Below the pieces are notes generated by a model that did not search any database, was not told the DNA's origin, and saw only the letters and a program-made list of their open reading frames with translations. The translations under genes and the position numbers were made by a program. A stretch of 64,000 nt of DNA from Nitrospirota bacterium (GTDB lineage Bacteria > Nitrospirota > Thermodesulfovibrionia > Thermodesulfovibrionales > Dissulfurispiraceae), in assembly GCA_963790025.1 (NCBI GenBank), contig CAWBMP010000004.1, positions 544,001 to 608,000 of the forward strand, written 5' to 3'. Below are positions 39,371 through 51,500 of the stretch, one piece after another. Positions within the stretch are counted from its first letter, which is position 1, and every line of letters starts with the position of its first letter.

Positions 39371-40294
39371 CTAAAAGTTAAAATTCAGGTTAACGCCATA
39401 GACAAATTTATCGGCAAGATGGCCATCAGGGTTAAAGTCGTGAACTCCGGTCCTGTCCGTTATCGTCTTGCTTGCGTCACCCGAAAGCGGGAACCAGTAT
39501 TGTACAATGGGCTGTACAGAGAACTTCGATGTCAAAGGTGCTGTAAAGCCGACCTGCACATGGCCGTCATGAAACGCGCTGTAGTTGCTGCCGACATAGC
39601 CTCTGTTGGCAACATATGTCTTCCAGACATTGCTGTCCCCTGCCTCGTATCCGAACCCCGCACCCAGATCGACTGTGGCGTCGCCACTGGCCATCTTAAA
39701 CACAGGGAGCGATTGCGAGAAAGAGAGGTTTAAATAGGTGCCGGGGAAATTGTCGATGTCCCTGTAGACCGCCAGAGTCGGGTGGGCAATCATGTCATAC
39801 GCAGCGCTCAGGTAGAGTTCCTGAGTCTCCGCATTGTTGTTATACTTGATCCCATAATAGGTATAGCCGCCGGTAAGGGCAAGCTTATCGATATTGTATG
39901 TATAGTTCAGGGTCAAATCGGTTTCATTGTAGCTTGTTTTGCCCGGTCTGTCAGGTGTAAAAGACTGTGTTGCTTTCTCTCTTGAATCGATGTTGCTCCA
40001 GAACGTTGCCGAGAAGCCCGAGTAATTGATAGTAGCGGTCGGCTGGATGACGACGCTGCCGTTGTTGAGTTCATAGCCGCGGAACATATAGTGGTTAAGA
40101 ACAGCGAGTGAAGCGCTGCCGGTGACCGCCGGTGGAGCAGGGGCCGCTGCTGCCGCAGGCGCTGCAGCCGGAGCAGTTGCCGCCGGCACCTCGGTTGCAG
40201 GCTTTTGATCTTCCGCATACACTGCGCCGGCTGATACTGAAGCGATTAAAGCTAAAACGATAATAGCACTGGTAAAATTGCTGATTCTTTTCAC
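39371..40294 (-). CDS. Outer-membrane beta-barrel protein (TorF-like putative porin)
   Basis: Signal peptide, Ala/Pro linker, YMFRG, ETDLTLNY, amphipathic strands, terminal Phe. Confidence 0.78.
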   Translation of the reverse strand: MKRISNFTSAIIVLALIASVSAGAVYAEDQKPATEVPAATAPAAAPAAAAAPAPPAVTGSASLAVLNHYMFRGYELNNGSVVIQPTATINYSGFSATFWSNIDSREKATQSFTPDRPGKTSYNETDLTLNYTYNIDKLALTGGYTYYGIKYNNNAETQELYLSAAYDMIAHPTLAVYRDIDNFPGTYLNLSFSQSLPVFKMASGDATVDLGAGFGYEAGDSNVWKTYVANRGYVGSNYSAFHDGHVQVGFTAPLTSKFSVQPIVQYWFPLSGDASKTITDRTGVHDFNPDGHLADKFVYGVNLNFNF

Positions 40295-40341
40295 TGTATC
40301 CTCCCTGGTGATGTTTTACAGGCTCAAGCCTGTTCTTCTAT

Positions 40342-40545
40342 TTACTGCATCACATGAATGTCTTTGCAGCTTTCCTGTCTTTCCTCACCTCTCTTTATTC
40401 CATATTTTTTGATCTTGTATCCGATTATCCTGTCGGTAATCCCGAGCATTCTTGCGGCCCTCGCCATGACCCAATTGCTGTCTTCAAGGGCTTTGATGAT
40501 CTGGTCCCTCTCATATTCTTCAATACTCTTTTTCAGTATCATCAT
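40342..40545 (-). CDS. Stand-alone Fis-type HTH protein (resembles an enhancer-binding-protein C-terminus), 67 aa
   Basis: ERDQIIKALEDSNWVMARAARMLGITDRIIGYKIKKYGI; SD GAGGGGG before ATG 40545. Confidence 0.8.
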   Translation of the reverse strand: MMILKKSIEEYERDQIIKALEDSNWVMARAARMLGITDRIIGYKIKKYGIKRGEERQESCKDIHVMQ

Positions 40546-40570
40546 GACCGTCCCCCTCTTTTGACTCCGT

Positions 40571-41587
40571 CTATTGCGATGGCGCTCCGTATTTCTTTCT
40601 AAGTTCGAGATTGACTTCGAGCACATTAACAAACTTTTCACCCGCAAGCCCTCTAAAGGGCGCGGAGGAGTTTGCAGCCAATATCTGCACGATCTCTCTT
40701 TTCACTTCAGCCGGGTCTTTTTTTGTATTGGCAGCCCATTTGGAAGCTACCCGGTCGAGTTGAAACTCGGCGTTCTGAAGCGTGATATGAGGGTCCAGCC
40801 CGGAGCCGGACGCAGTGACATAGTCGCCGGGAACGTCCTGAAGGTCTGCGTCAGGATGGTCCTCCCGCCACATTGCAAAGAAGATTGACTGAATGTCGGG
40901 ACCTTCTTTGACCGGCCCAATGGTCGTTGTTGTCTTGCCATCGGTCCCGGTCTTAGTTACTGCGGAAGGGAATTTGCCGGGATTCTCCTGTGAAAAGTTT
41001 TTGAAGAACACGACAGCCAGGTCAGCCGCTTTTGGCTGAGGGGTTGCCGGATTGTCTTTAATAAACTGGGCCACTATGACTGGATGTTTTTTTGTCCAGT
41101 CGTCCACATAAGAAGCATTCCTGGGGTCTGCGCCGACCCATGCCTGGGCCAGTGAATTGTGCGCGTCAGCCCACTGGCCGACTATATTGGGCTTGCCCCC
41201 ATAAACGTCTTTCTGAAACCAGCTTTCGACGTCAGGCGCAACAGGTTTGCCTGCGCCTGGTCCGCTCTTATATACAACGACAGGGCCGAGCGTGCGGGCT
41301 ACGCGGTCACGCAAGGCGTAATTGGAGGCAGCCAGAGAAGATGAGGCCGATGCTGACGCATCGTAAGACGGCGCAGAGGGACGCGGCTGAAAGTACTCGT
41401 CCTTGGTAAAGGGCTGAGCAATGAGCTTTGAGCCCACTATGGTCCCATCAGGGCCTTTCACCATGCTGCCGTTCGCCTGAAAAGGAAATACGGCCTGTCC
41501 GACTGCAAGCAATGCCAGCGGATAAATTATGCAGCAGATAGCCACTGCAACTGCCAGCAGTAAAATACTCTTTGAAATATATTTCAT
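40571..41587 (-). CDS. kdpC: K+-transporting ATPase subunit C, long form
   Basis: FPFQANGS, GSKLIAQPF, YFQPRPSA, VTASGSGLDPHIT, VNVLEVN. Confidence 0.92.
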   Translation of the reverse strand: MKYISKSILLLAVAVAICCIIYPLALLAVGQAVFPFQANGSMVKGPDGTIVGSKLIAQPFTKDEYFQPRPSAPSYDASASASSSLAASNYALRDRVARTLGPVVVYKSGPGAGKPVAPDVESWFQKDVYGGKPNIVGQWADAHNSLAQAWVGADPRNASYVDDWTKKHPVIVAQFIKDNPATPQPKAADLAVVFFKNFSQENPGKFPSAVTKTGTDGKTTTTIGPVKEGPDIQSIFFAMWREDHPDADLQDVPGDYVTASGSGLDPHITLQNAEFQLDRVASKWAANTKKDPAEVKREIVQILAANSSAPFRGLAGEKFVNVLEVNLELRKKYGAPSQ

Positions 41588-41616
41588 TTTTTCCCCTCTC
41601 TTTTTACTTTTAACTT

Positions 41617-43788
<2,172 letters not shown>

Positions 43789-43841
43789 GTTGCACTCCTT
43801 TTAATTCTGTAGTCATTTTTATTGCATTAATCATGTGTCAC

Positions 43842-45671
43842 CTATCCACCGAAGGGTATTGGACCAAAGTGTTCTGCAACTGGTCCGAGCGCGGCAACAG
43901 GCAGAAAGAGCAGTGCACCGATGATGAGAACCGTCCCGAGCAACAGAATGCTGAATGTCGGGGTATCGTCCCGCAGTGTCCCCAGGCCGAATGGACTGGA
44001 TTTCTTCTGTCCGAGATATGCGGCCATTGCCATCGGAGCGATAATAGGAAGGAAGCGGCTGAAGCACATCACGAGACCGGCCGCTATGTCCCAGGCAACC
44101 GCAGTCGGAGCAGGATTAGGATTATTGTAAAAGCCGTAGGTGACACCCAGTCCGTCGAAGGCCGAGCCGTTGTTTGCAGAGGCCGAAGAGAACTGGTACA
44201 GCATTTGTGAAAGACCATGAGCGCCCGGATTGCTGACAGCTTTCAGTCCCCAGCTTGTGGCTGCAAAGAGCCCGGTGGGGAAAAGGATCATAAACGGGTG
44301 GATCAGGAGGGCAATCACGGCCAGTTTGACTTCACGCGCCCCGATTTTCTTCCCAAGATACTCCGGCGTCCTTCCGACCATCATGCCGGCAATGAAGATG
44401 CCGATAATTATGTAAAGTAACATATTGATCATGCCCACGCCCTTGCCGCCGAAAAGGCAGTTGAGCCACATACCCACCATCGGTGATAAAGCGGCAATCG
44501 GGTTGAGACTGTCTTCCTCTGCGTTTACAGCGCCACAGGTAACGTCCGTAGTAAGCGCATCGAAGGTGGCCCCTGCAGAGGTCCCGAAACGCATTTCCTT
44601 ACCCTCAAGATTGCCGAGGTGCTGGTCCACCGGCAAACCCGGAACAGCAGGCAGGGTTACAACCCGTTTCCCGCCCGGCGCCGTGGCGCTTGGGATATCG
44701 TATGTTCGAGCCACAGGATGAGCAGTCAATCCCGGATTCGGTTTCAATGTGTCGAAGTAGACAGACCAGACAACAGTGCCTGCCATCATAAGCAACATAA
44801 CCGAAAAGATGACAATGCCGTGTCTCATTCGGCCGAGCATCCGGCCGTACATCAGGACGAGAGCGAACGGGAAGATCATCATTGAAAGGGTGTTCACAAA
44901 ATTCGACGCTGCCGTCGGATTCTCGAACGGGTGTGCGGAGTTCATGCCGTAAAATCCGCCGCCGTTGGTGCCGAGCATTTTCATTGACTCAAAAGCAGCA
45001 ACCGGCCCGACAACAATGTTTTGTTGCTTGACTTCGCCCTTATCGGTCGTTCCCATGGCCGCTGGTTCCAGCGTCGAAACCTGATAAGAGGTTTTAAGCG
45101 TCATCGGACTGCCCTGGACGATAAAGAAAAGCGCCACGACAAAAGCCACAGGTACGAACATGTAAACCAATACCCGCCACATGTCGACAAAGAAATTGCC
45201 CATCGATTTATCGCTGCGCAAACCCCGGATAATCGCTACCAACGAACATAAACCTATTGCAGCCGATATGAAGAGATTGGCGATGCCGAAAAAGATCTGA
45301 CTGAAATTGGACAGATGCTGGTCCCCGGAATAGTGCTGCAGGTCAGTGTTTGTCATGAACGATATGACGCTGCTAAAGATAGTGCTTGGGGCCAGCATTG
45401 TCTTGTGATCAGGATTGAGTGGCATCCACGGCTGGAGCGCCAGCACAAGGTAACCGAAGACGAACAACAGGGTGTTGAAAATGAGCAGGGAACATATATA
45501 CTGCTTCCAGTTCTGCGGACCGCTGTTCAGGCGCTTCTCGAACCACCCGAAAACGGGCAAGGGCCGGTATTTTGCGTCCATTATCCACGCCAGATACCGA
45601 CTCAATGGGAATGCGACTATGGTCGCAGTTGCCAAAAGCGCAAATGGAAGTAACCACGTTTGAATAAACAT
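43842..45671 (-). CDS. kdpA: K+-transporting ATPase subunit A
   Basis: SFMTNTDLQHY, LGTNGGG, NSAHPFENP, GRTPEYLGKK, SASANNGS. Confidence 0.97.
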   Translation of the reverse strand: MFIQTWLLPFALLATATIVAFPLSRYLAWIMDAKYRPLPVFGWFEKRLNSGPQNWKQYICSLLIFNTLLFVFGYLVLALQPWMPLNPDHKTMLAPSTIFSSVISFMTNTDLQHYSGDQHLSNFSQIFFGIANLFISAAIGLCSLVAIIRGLRSDKSMGNFFVDMWRVLVYMFVPVAFVVALFFIVQGSPMTLKTSYQVSTLEPAAMGTTDKGEVKQQNIVVGPVAAFESMKMLGTNGGGFYGMNSAHPFENPTAASNFVNTLSMMIFPFALVLMYGRMLGRMRHGIVIFSVMLLMMAGTVVWSVYFDTLKPNPGLTAHPVARTYDIPSATAPGGKRVVTLPAVPGLPVDQHLGNLEGKEMRFGTSAGATFDALTTDVTCGAVNAEEDSLNPIAALSPMVGMWLNCLFGGKGVGMINMLLYIIIGIFIAGMMVGRTPEYLGKKIGAREVKLAVIALLIHPFMILFPTGLFAATSWGLKAVSNPGAHGLSQMLYQFSSASANNGSAFDGLGVTYGFYNNPNPAPTAVAWDIAAGLVMCFSRFLPIIAPMAMAAYLGQKKSSPFGLGTLRDDTPTFSILLLGTVLIIGALLFLPVAALGPVAEHFGPIPFGG

Positions 45672-45717
45672 TATTTAGCTCCTTTTTGTCAGGGTTTAGT
45701 GTCTGTCGCCGGTACTC

Positions 45718-45798
45718 TCAGAACCATTCCGGCCGGACAAGGGCCACAACCAGGTAAATAAATAAAAAAACCGCTATAGCGGCAGTAAAATAGATCAT
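45718..45798 (-). CDS. kdpF: K+-transporting ATPase subunit F, 26 aa (not in the ORF track)
   Basis: MIYFTAAIAVFLFIYLVVALVRPEWF*, with the KdpF YL..AL..PE.F ending; SD GAGGAGG. Confidence 0.9.
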   Translation of the reverse strand: MIYFTAAIAVFLFIYLVVALVRPEWF

Positions 45799-45812
45799 AG
45801 GACCTCCTCATT

Positions 45813-45908
45813 TCATATTTTTTCGCATGCTTTGACAAAGAGCAAACACAGCCCCATTGCTGCAATTCCCAGTAAAAACATTCCCGGCAGCCAAATCGTA
45901 AGATCCAT
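45813..45908 (-). CDS. 31-aa single-TM peptide, first gene of the kdp operon (not in the ORF track)
   Basis: MDLTIWLPGMFLLGIAAMGLCLLFVKACEKI*; SD AAGGAGG. Confidence 0.75.
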   Translation of the reverse strand: MDLTIWLPGMFLLGIAAMGLCLLFVKACEKI

Positions 45909-45984
45909 AATATTTCCTCCTTTTTAACGAAAAGAAAAAAACTTTCAATACTGTTCAGTTTATCGACCTCTGACAAAAAGTAAA

Positions 45985-46000
45985 AGCATTTTTAGTGCCA
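45985..46000 (-). promoter_or_regulatory. Sigma54 (-24/-12) promoter of the kdp operon
   Basis: TGGCACTAAAAATGCT: GG-N10-GC. Confidence 0.7.
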
Positions 46001-46251
46001 AAAAGAAGATGAATTTATACTATTGAATTATCAGGACGAGTTAGTTTGGACAAAACATGTGAAAGGTGCTGCACTAAAAAAATAAGTGTTCGTCCTTTAA
46101 AAATGAAATGCGAAAGTCCATGTGGTGCTTAAATGATCTTTCCGTAATGTTTTCAGATATTTCGATTGACTTAACTGTGAACAGCAATTAGAATATATGA
46201 GGTGAAAGTGGTTGTTTTTTACAATGCGTTCCGGGAGGAAAGGAGCACGGT

Positions 46252-46998
46252 ATGAAATATATATATTATATCGGTATTACTATGCTGGTTGTAACGGCAG
46301 CCATCTTTTTCACGCTGACAGCGCGGCGTCAACCGGATAAAAAACCTGCAATCATTATTAATGACAGGTCCGTTTCAGAAAAAGAATTACATGATTTCTA
46401 CGCCTCAAACCCTGTTCAACTTGACAACAGGGACGCCTTGATCGACACGCTGATCACAAAAGAACTCTTGATACAGGAGGCTCAAAAAGAAGGGATCAAC
46501 AGGGAAGAGTCGTTCAGGAAATCAGTCCAGGATTTTTATGAGCAATCGTTAATCAAACTGCTTATGGACAGAAAATATGCCTCGTTGAATGCGACCGTGA
46601 GTGATGACGAGGTCCGTAAATACACAGACCTTGCAAATAAAAAAATCACTATTACGATATTCGATGCTAACAGCCTGGAGTCGGTAAAAAGAGGCATCTT
46701 TAAGACAGAAGAGAGAAAAAATCTGTCTTACGGAGACCTTTCCAGAAACCTGCAATATCCTCTGCTCTTCATGAAAGAGGGGCAACGTTCGGACCCGATA
46801 AAGATAAACGACAGATATATTGTATTAAGGCTTGATAAAATCGAAGGCGAAAATCCCGTTCCTTCCGGTGTGACCCGGGATGCTGCCTCGAAAATATTGC
46901 TGGACTGGAAAAAAGAGAAGATTGTGAACGACTGGATTGAAGGCCTCAGGGCAAAAGCGACCCTGAAAATCCTGGCGCAAGAGAAAGGGAGGGACTAG
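46252..46998 (+). CDS. Membrane-anchored SurA/EpsD-like periplasmic chaperone
   Basis: N-terminal TM, LIDTLITKELLIQEAQKEG, VSDDEV, WIEGLRAKA. Confidence 0.7.
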   Translation: MKYIYYIGITMLVVTAAIFFTLTARRQPDKKPAIIINDRSVSEKELHDFYASNPVQLDNRDALIDTLITKELLIQEAQKEGINREESFRKSVQDFYEQSLIKLLMDRKYASLNATVSDDEVRKYTDLANKKITITIFDANSLESVKRGIFKTEERKNLSYGDLSRNLQYPLLFMKEGQRSDPIKINDRYIVLRLDKIEGENPVPSGVTRDAASKILLDWKKEKIVNDWIEGLRAKATLKILAQEKGRD

Positions 46999-47000
46999 TA

Positions 47001-47915
47001 ATGCAGAATGGGAACAGGAGATGGAAAAGAAGAAATTACCTGATCAATAAAGACTTACAGGGAAAATATACATTTTATTTTTTTATGATCGTCACCATCG
47101 GCAGCATACTGTTTACCCTGATCTTCAGCCTGCTGGCCCAGGACACGCTCACCATCGTTTACAAAAACAGCAACCTGCAATTGGGCAAAACGCCCCAAAT
47201 GCTCATTACCGAACTTCTTAAAGCGCACTGGATATTCATTCTTTTGAGCGGTGTTATTGTATCACTTGTCGCCATATTCCTCACGCACCGCTTTGCAGGC
47301 CCGATCTACAGATTTGAAAAGTCTGTAGATGAGATGAACCACGGCAACTTTAATTTTGAAATCATACTGAGAAGGCATGATGCAGGGAAAGAACTCGCAA
47401 AAATGATGAACACATTTACTGCCACAACATCGAGAAAGATAATCAAATTGCGCGAGTGTTCCGGTATCATCGACTCGAACCTCTCATTGCTGTCGCAATC
47501 AATTCCCCGCGACAACAAAGAGACGGGCAAAGCACTCAGCGCTATTCAAACCGCCGGTGCTCAAATTAAAGACCTGTTGGGCGCCTTTACCGTAAAAGAC
47601 ACCATAAGACATGCTCCCGACCCCGGTTACCCCTCCATGCCGGCTGCCGCGCTCACTGTTTCCGAGGGCGATGGAAATTTTATTAATATACTTATGCAGG
47701 TCAAAGAGCTGACCGCCGATCTGGAAGAAGCGCTTGGCTCCCCCGGACTGGAACATCTGGTTAATGATATCGATGCCCACCTGGAAAAGTTCTCACACGT
47801 AATGCCCGCTGCCGACAAAAAAATCCTTTCAGAGGCGGCCACTATCGTCAGACAGACAAAAGATGTCGAAGAACGGCTTAGAGAGATCGTCAATTCCTAT
47901 TCAAAAATTCAATAG
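47001..47915 (+). CDS. Two-TM HAMP-domain protein with helical C-terminus
   Basis: KRRNYLINKDLQ, THRFAGPIYRF...LRRHD. Confidence 0.7.
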   Translation: MQNGNRRWKRRNYLINKDLQGKYTFYFFMIVTIGSILFTLIFSLLAQDTLTIVYKNSNLQLGKTPQMLITELLKAHWIFILLSGVIVSLVAIFLTHRFAGPIYRFEKSVDEMNHGNFNFEIILRRHDAGKELAKMMNTFTATTSRKIIKLRECSGIIDSNLSLLSQSIPRDNKETGKALSAIQTAGAQIKDLLGAFTVKDTIRHAPDPGYPSMPAAALTVSEGDGNFINILMQVKELTADLEEALGSPGLEHLVNDIDAHLEKFSHVMPAADKKILSEAATIVRQTKDVEERLREIVNSYSKIQ

Positions 47916-47920
47916 GTGTT

Positions 47921-48457
47921 ATGCATCTAAAACTTCTTAAAACCTTTTTCGCGTTACTCCTGACCGCATCGCTGCTCTGTCCCGCTTATGGCGCCGAACT
48001 GGAAACGCGCTATGCAACCATTATATATGAAAAAGACGACCTGCTGAAGGAATTCAACAACCGCGTTCGCCTTGGAAGCCTTTCTTATCTTGTACGAGAT
48101 AAAAACAGTCTGACCATCGCCGATGAGGTAAGAAATAAAGTCGATACAATTATGGACAGAGTACAGTCAGTCCTGCAAATGTTTCCGAGAAATATCAAAA
48201 TAAAGATCGTGCTGCTCCCCTCGGATGACGAGGTCAGTAATATTTATAAACGAAAATATTTGCGGGACGTAGATTATATCGCATTCTACGCCCCCGGGGA
48301 TAAAACAGTGTACATTTCAGTGGACAATGTAAGGCTTCGCGTATTTGCGCATGAACTGGGCCATGTAGTGGTTGACCACTATTTCGCAGGCGTTCCGCCT
48401 CCCGGAAACATTCACGAACTTCTCGCCCAATACGTCGAGGCCCACCTCGAAGACTAG
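47921..48457 (+). CDS. Secreted hypothetical protein with HExxH motif
   Basis: Signal peptide; VFAHELGHVVVDHYF...HE. Confidence 0.7.
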   Translation: MHLKLLKTFFALLLTASLLCPAYGAELETRYATIIYEKDDLLKEFNNRVRLGSLSYLVRDKNSLTIADEVRNKVDTIMDRVQSVLQMFPRNIKIKIVLLPSDDEVSNIYKRKYLRDVDYIAFYAPGDKTVYISVDNVRLRVFAHELGHVVVDHYFAGVPPPGNIHELLAQYVEAHLED

Positions 48458-48466
48458 AAAGGCGCC

Positions 48467-50803
48467 CTATGGCGTCAGGGCGTTCAACCTGTCCCGGGCG
48501 TACTTAATCGTCGGATCAATAAGCAGCACCTTTCTATATTCCTCCATGGCACGGTAGGTCATCCCGAGCTGCTCGTAAAGCATGGCGCTGTTCAACAGCA
48601 TCGCGGGGTCACCGGGAAAGAGGGTCAGGCCTTTCTGTATGACCCTCAGGGCGGCGTCATAGTCTTTCTTACGCTTAAAGAAATCGGAAACTGTGTAAAA
48701 ATATGACGAAGGCACGTCGCGCTCATTCCCTACAAAACCGAGGGCATCGAGATAGACCCGTTCAGCCGTTGTTTCATCGCCGGTTTTTTCAAGATATGAC
48801 CCGAATATAACATACGGGACCATCTTCTGCGGCAACGCCTCCAATATTTCCTCATTCCGATACCCGTTAAGCACCATAAGCGCTACATAATAATAGGTTT
48901 GTTCAGGTTCTAGGGCCATTGCGAGCGCTATATTCTTAAGCCCGTCACCTTTCCTGCCCTGGCCGACAAGCCACAGGGCATACATCTTGTAACCCAGGGT
49001 ATTCATCTTATCATATTCAATGCCGCGCCTGAGCAAAAGTTCCGCCCTGGCGAAATCAGAGCGTCCTGAATAAACAATCCCTATAGTTTGCAAATACCAG
49101 CTGTTCAAAGGGTCGTTTTCAAGTGCCCTCTTAAAACAGCGGAGCGCTTTATCGGCGTTCGAAGCCGTCATTTCAATTCTTCCAAGGGCATATTGATAGC
49201 GTGCATCAAGAGGATCGCACAGCGCTGACAGGCAGACCTTGTCCTTCATCATAAGAAGCTGTTTACCGGTGTTCTGTTCCTTGACCCCCGAGAATGAGAG
49301 TTCAGCTATCGTTGCGCCGACATTCACCGTTGTCGTTGCCAACAGCAATACGACAACTGCCCTGCTCCATTTAACTAAAGGAGGATTATTCACTAATGCG
49401 AGATAAGAGGCATCGAGCTTGTCCCTCATGCGGGTATGGGTCGCAGAAACCATTAATCCGGACAGAAAAAAGAAGTAGAGCCCGTTTGCCCCTAAGTGCA
49501 GATTAAAATCAACAATGCTGTGGAGCAAAATCGCAACCAGTCCCGTAGCACTTCCAATAGAGAGATACAGGTTATACGATTCCTTCCTTCTTAATAAAGT
49601 CCTGTAAGAATGATAGAAAACAGCGCACATAAACCATCCCGCAAGCAAAAAGCCTATGATGCCGCCTTCCGCCAAAACCTCTATATAATCGTTTTCCGCA
49701 TGGTAGGCGGTGAAACCTCCGGGGAATGTCCGGTATTTTTGATAGCTGTTGAAAAATGTCCCATATCCGGTCCCTGTCAGAGGGAAATCCTGTATTAAAA
49801 GTTTGCTGTCGCTCCAGAGCGTAGGCCTGAGCAGCGTGGTTTTACCATGGACATCAACATCCTTTATTTTCCCGAAACTCTCCACAATAGGGTCCCAACC
49901 GAACAAGCTTACAACGAGGAATATCATCAGAAAAAAAACAATAATAAACAGCCCTCTTTTATTTCGCTTCTTTTTCCAGGCAATCATTCCACTGAAGAAG
50001 ATCATGGAAAGGCCGAGACTTACCATCCCTCCGCGCGAAAGGCTCAGGAAAATAGACGAGGCGACAAGGACCGAGAAGAACCCTATAAGAATGTACCGGT
50101 TCGTCTCCTTCAAACTGAGGATTTGCGCAAGCCGCTCACGCAGTGACCGGTATTTTACCCTGGGCTTGAAGGATATAAGGACGCTCAATATAACAGGGAA
50201 CAGCATCTCCATAAGGCCCGCGTAGTGATTTTTGTTAGCATAGGGTCCGAACGGATGCCCACCCTGCGTCAGACTTCTGATCCAATAAATCTTTCCGTTG
50301 TAAAAAAAATACTGGAGGATGCTCAGAAAGGCGAGGCAAAAGGAAAAAATCATAACGGTGTTAACTGTTTTTCTCAGCAGCTCTTTGCTCGAAAGCAACT
50401 GCACGGTGACAATATAGAAAGCGATATAGGCAGTGAGTCTGGACCATTCCTGCAGCGTCGCCTTCTTACTGACCGAGAGTGTCATCCATGTCACCGGTTC
50501 GATGCTGCCTATGGTTTCGGAATATGCTTTATAGGTAGCGGGTGAAATAATGTGCACCAAGCCGGAAGGGAAAGGGACAAGCTGTAGAAGGCAATATGCC
50601 CACAAAACAAGCAAGGGGACAATGCCGGGGACCCTGTAAAAAGGCTGCAGGTCTTCCCTGCGCTCACCGCACAATAAAAAGAGCGCCCACAGAGAACACC
50701 CCTCCATAATGGTCAGAGACCATTGCTCCACTGTGCCAAAGGCAAGAGGAGAAAAAATCAGAAGAAAAATAAATAATGTATAACTTTTAGGCTTACGCAG
50801 CAT
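48467..50803 (-). CDS. O-antigen ligase/Wzy-like membrane protein with C-terminal TPRs
   Basis: GPYANKNHYAG, SLSRGG, GTGYGTF, HAENDY, HSIVDFNLH, TPRs. Confidence 0.88.
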   Translation of the reverse strand: MLRKPKSYTLFIFLLIFSPLAFGTVEQWSLTIMEGCSLWALFLLCGERREDLQPFYRVPGIVPLLVLWAYCLLQLVPFPSGLVHIISPATYKAYSETIGSIEPVTWMTLSVSKKATLQEWSRLTAYIAFYIVTVQLLSSKELLRKTVNTVMIFSFCLAFLSILQYFFYNGKIYWIRSLTQGGHPFGPYANKNHYAGLMEMLFPVILSVLISFKPRVKYRSLRERLAQILSLKETNRYILIGFFSVLVASSIFLSLSRGGMVSLGLSMIFFSGMIAWKKKRNKRGLFIIVFFLMIFLVVSLFGWDPIVESFGKIKDVDVHGKTTLLRPTLWSDSKLLIQDFPLTGTGYGTFFNSYQKYRTFPGGFTAYHAENDYIEVLAEGGIIGFLLAGWFMCAVFYHSYRTLLRRKESYNLYLSIGSATGLVAILLHSIVDFNLHLGANGLYFFFLSGLMVSATHTRMRDKLDASYLALVNNPPLVKWSRAVVVLLLATTTVNVGATIAELSFSGVKEQNTGKQLLMMKDKVCLSALCDPLDARYQYALGRIEMTASNADKALRCFKRALENDPLNSWYLQTIGIVYSGRSDFARAELLLRRGIEYDKMNTLGYKMYALWLVGQGRKGDGLKNIALAMALEPEQTYYYVALMVLNGYRNEEILEALPQKMVPYVIFGSYLEKTGDETTAERVYLDALGFVGNERDVPSSYFYTVSDFFKRKKDYDAALRVIQKGLTLFPGDPAMLLNSAMLYEQLGMTYRAMEEYRKVLLIDPTIKYARDRLNALTP

Positions 50804-51500
50804 GAAGTTCCCTTCCTGCTATGACTGCTTCGGGGTTCCCAATCACCAGTTGCAATGCCGTCTCCATGCCCATAACTTCCGCAGCAATTCTAAGCCCTCC
50901 GGAAAGTATAGGCGGCCTCCAGCCGGAGGAATGGGCATCGGTGGCGATAAAACTGACAACGCCTTTACGCAAGAGATACCGGGCGCAGTCCCTGACATCG
51001 GGTCCGAACTCTCCGGTCAGACTTCCAGCGGTAATCTGCACGTGTGCGCTCGTATGCAGCAGCTCAAAAAAGAGGTCCGGTTTTTTTATCACCGATGGAT
51101 TGCGCTCCGGATGGGTGATAATAGGGAACAATCCTTTAAGGCTCATATTGAAGAGAATGTCCTTCGCATTTTTCGGAAGATGCGTATGCGGAAATTCAAC
51201 CAGAATGTAATTCGATTCGCCTATTGTATAGTCTTTCATCAGCGACGGGCTGAGTAAGGCATTAACATCCGCGCCTGAAAGGATTTTTACAGGAATACCC
51301 AAAGCACACAGATGTCTGTTCAATGCGGCCGCGCTCTCCCTGATAACCGATGACGGATATATGGAATCCTTCACGTGCGGAGTCGCCACAATGGTCGTTA
51401 TCCCGTCCCCTGCGGCCAGCCGGGCCATTTCTATCGATTCACTGATATCGGAGGGGCCATCGTCTATCCCGGGGAGTATATGACAATGTAAATCAATCAC
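50793..51500 (-). CDS. PHP-type protein-tyrosine phosphatase (CpsB/CapC/YwqE)
   Basis: MIDLHCHILPGIDDG, ATPH, HPERN, ATDAH. Confidence 0.93.
   Translation of the reverse strand: MIDLHCHILPGIDDGPSDISESIEMARLAAGDGITTIVATPHVKDSIYPSSVIRESAAALNRHLCALGIPVKILSGADVNALLSPSLMKDYTIGESNYILVEFPHTHLPKNAKDILFNMSLKGLFPIITHPERNPSVIKKPDLFFELLHTSAHVQITAGSLTGEFGPDVRDCARYLLRKGVVSFIATDAHSSGWRPPILSGGLRIAAEVMGMETALQLVIGNPEAVIAGRELHAA

Noticed and set aside
45689..45976. 95-aa Cys-rich ORF upstream of kdpA
   Set aside because: An alternative frame over kdpF and the 31-aa peptide, both of which have strong SD sites.
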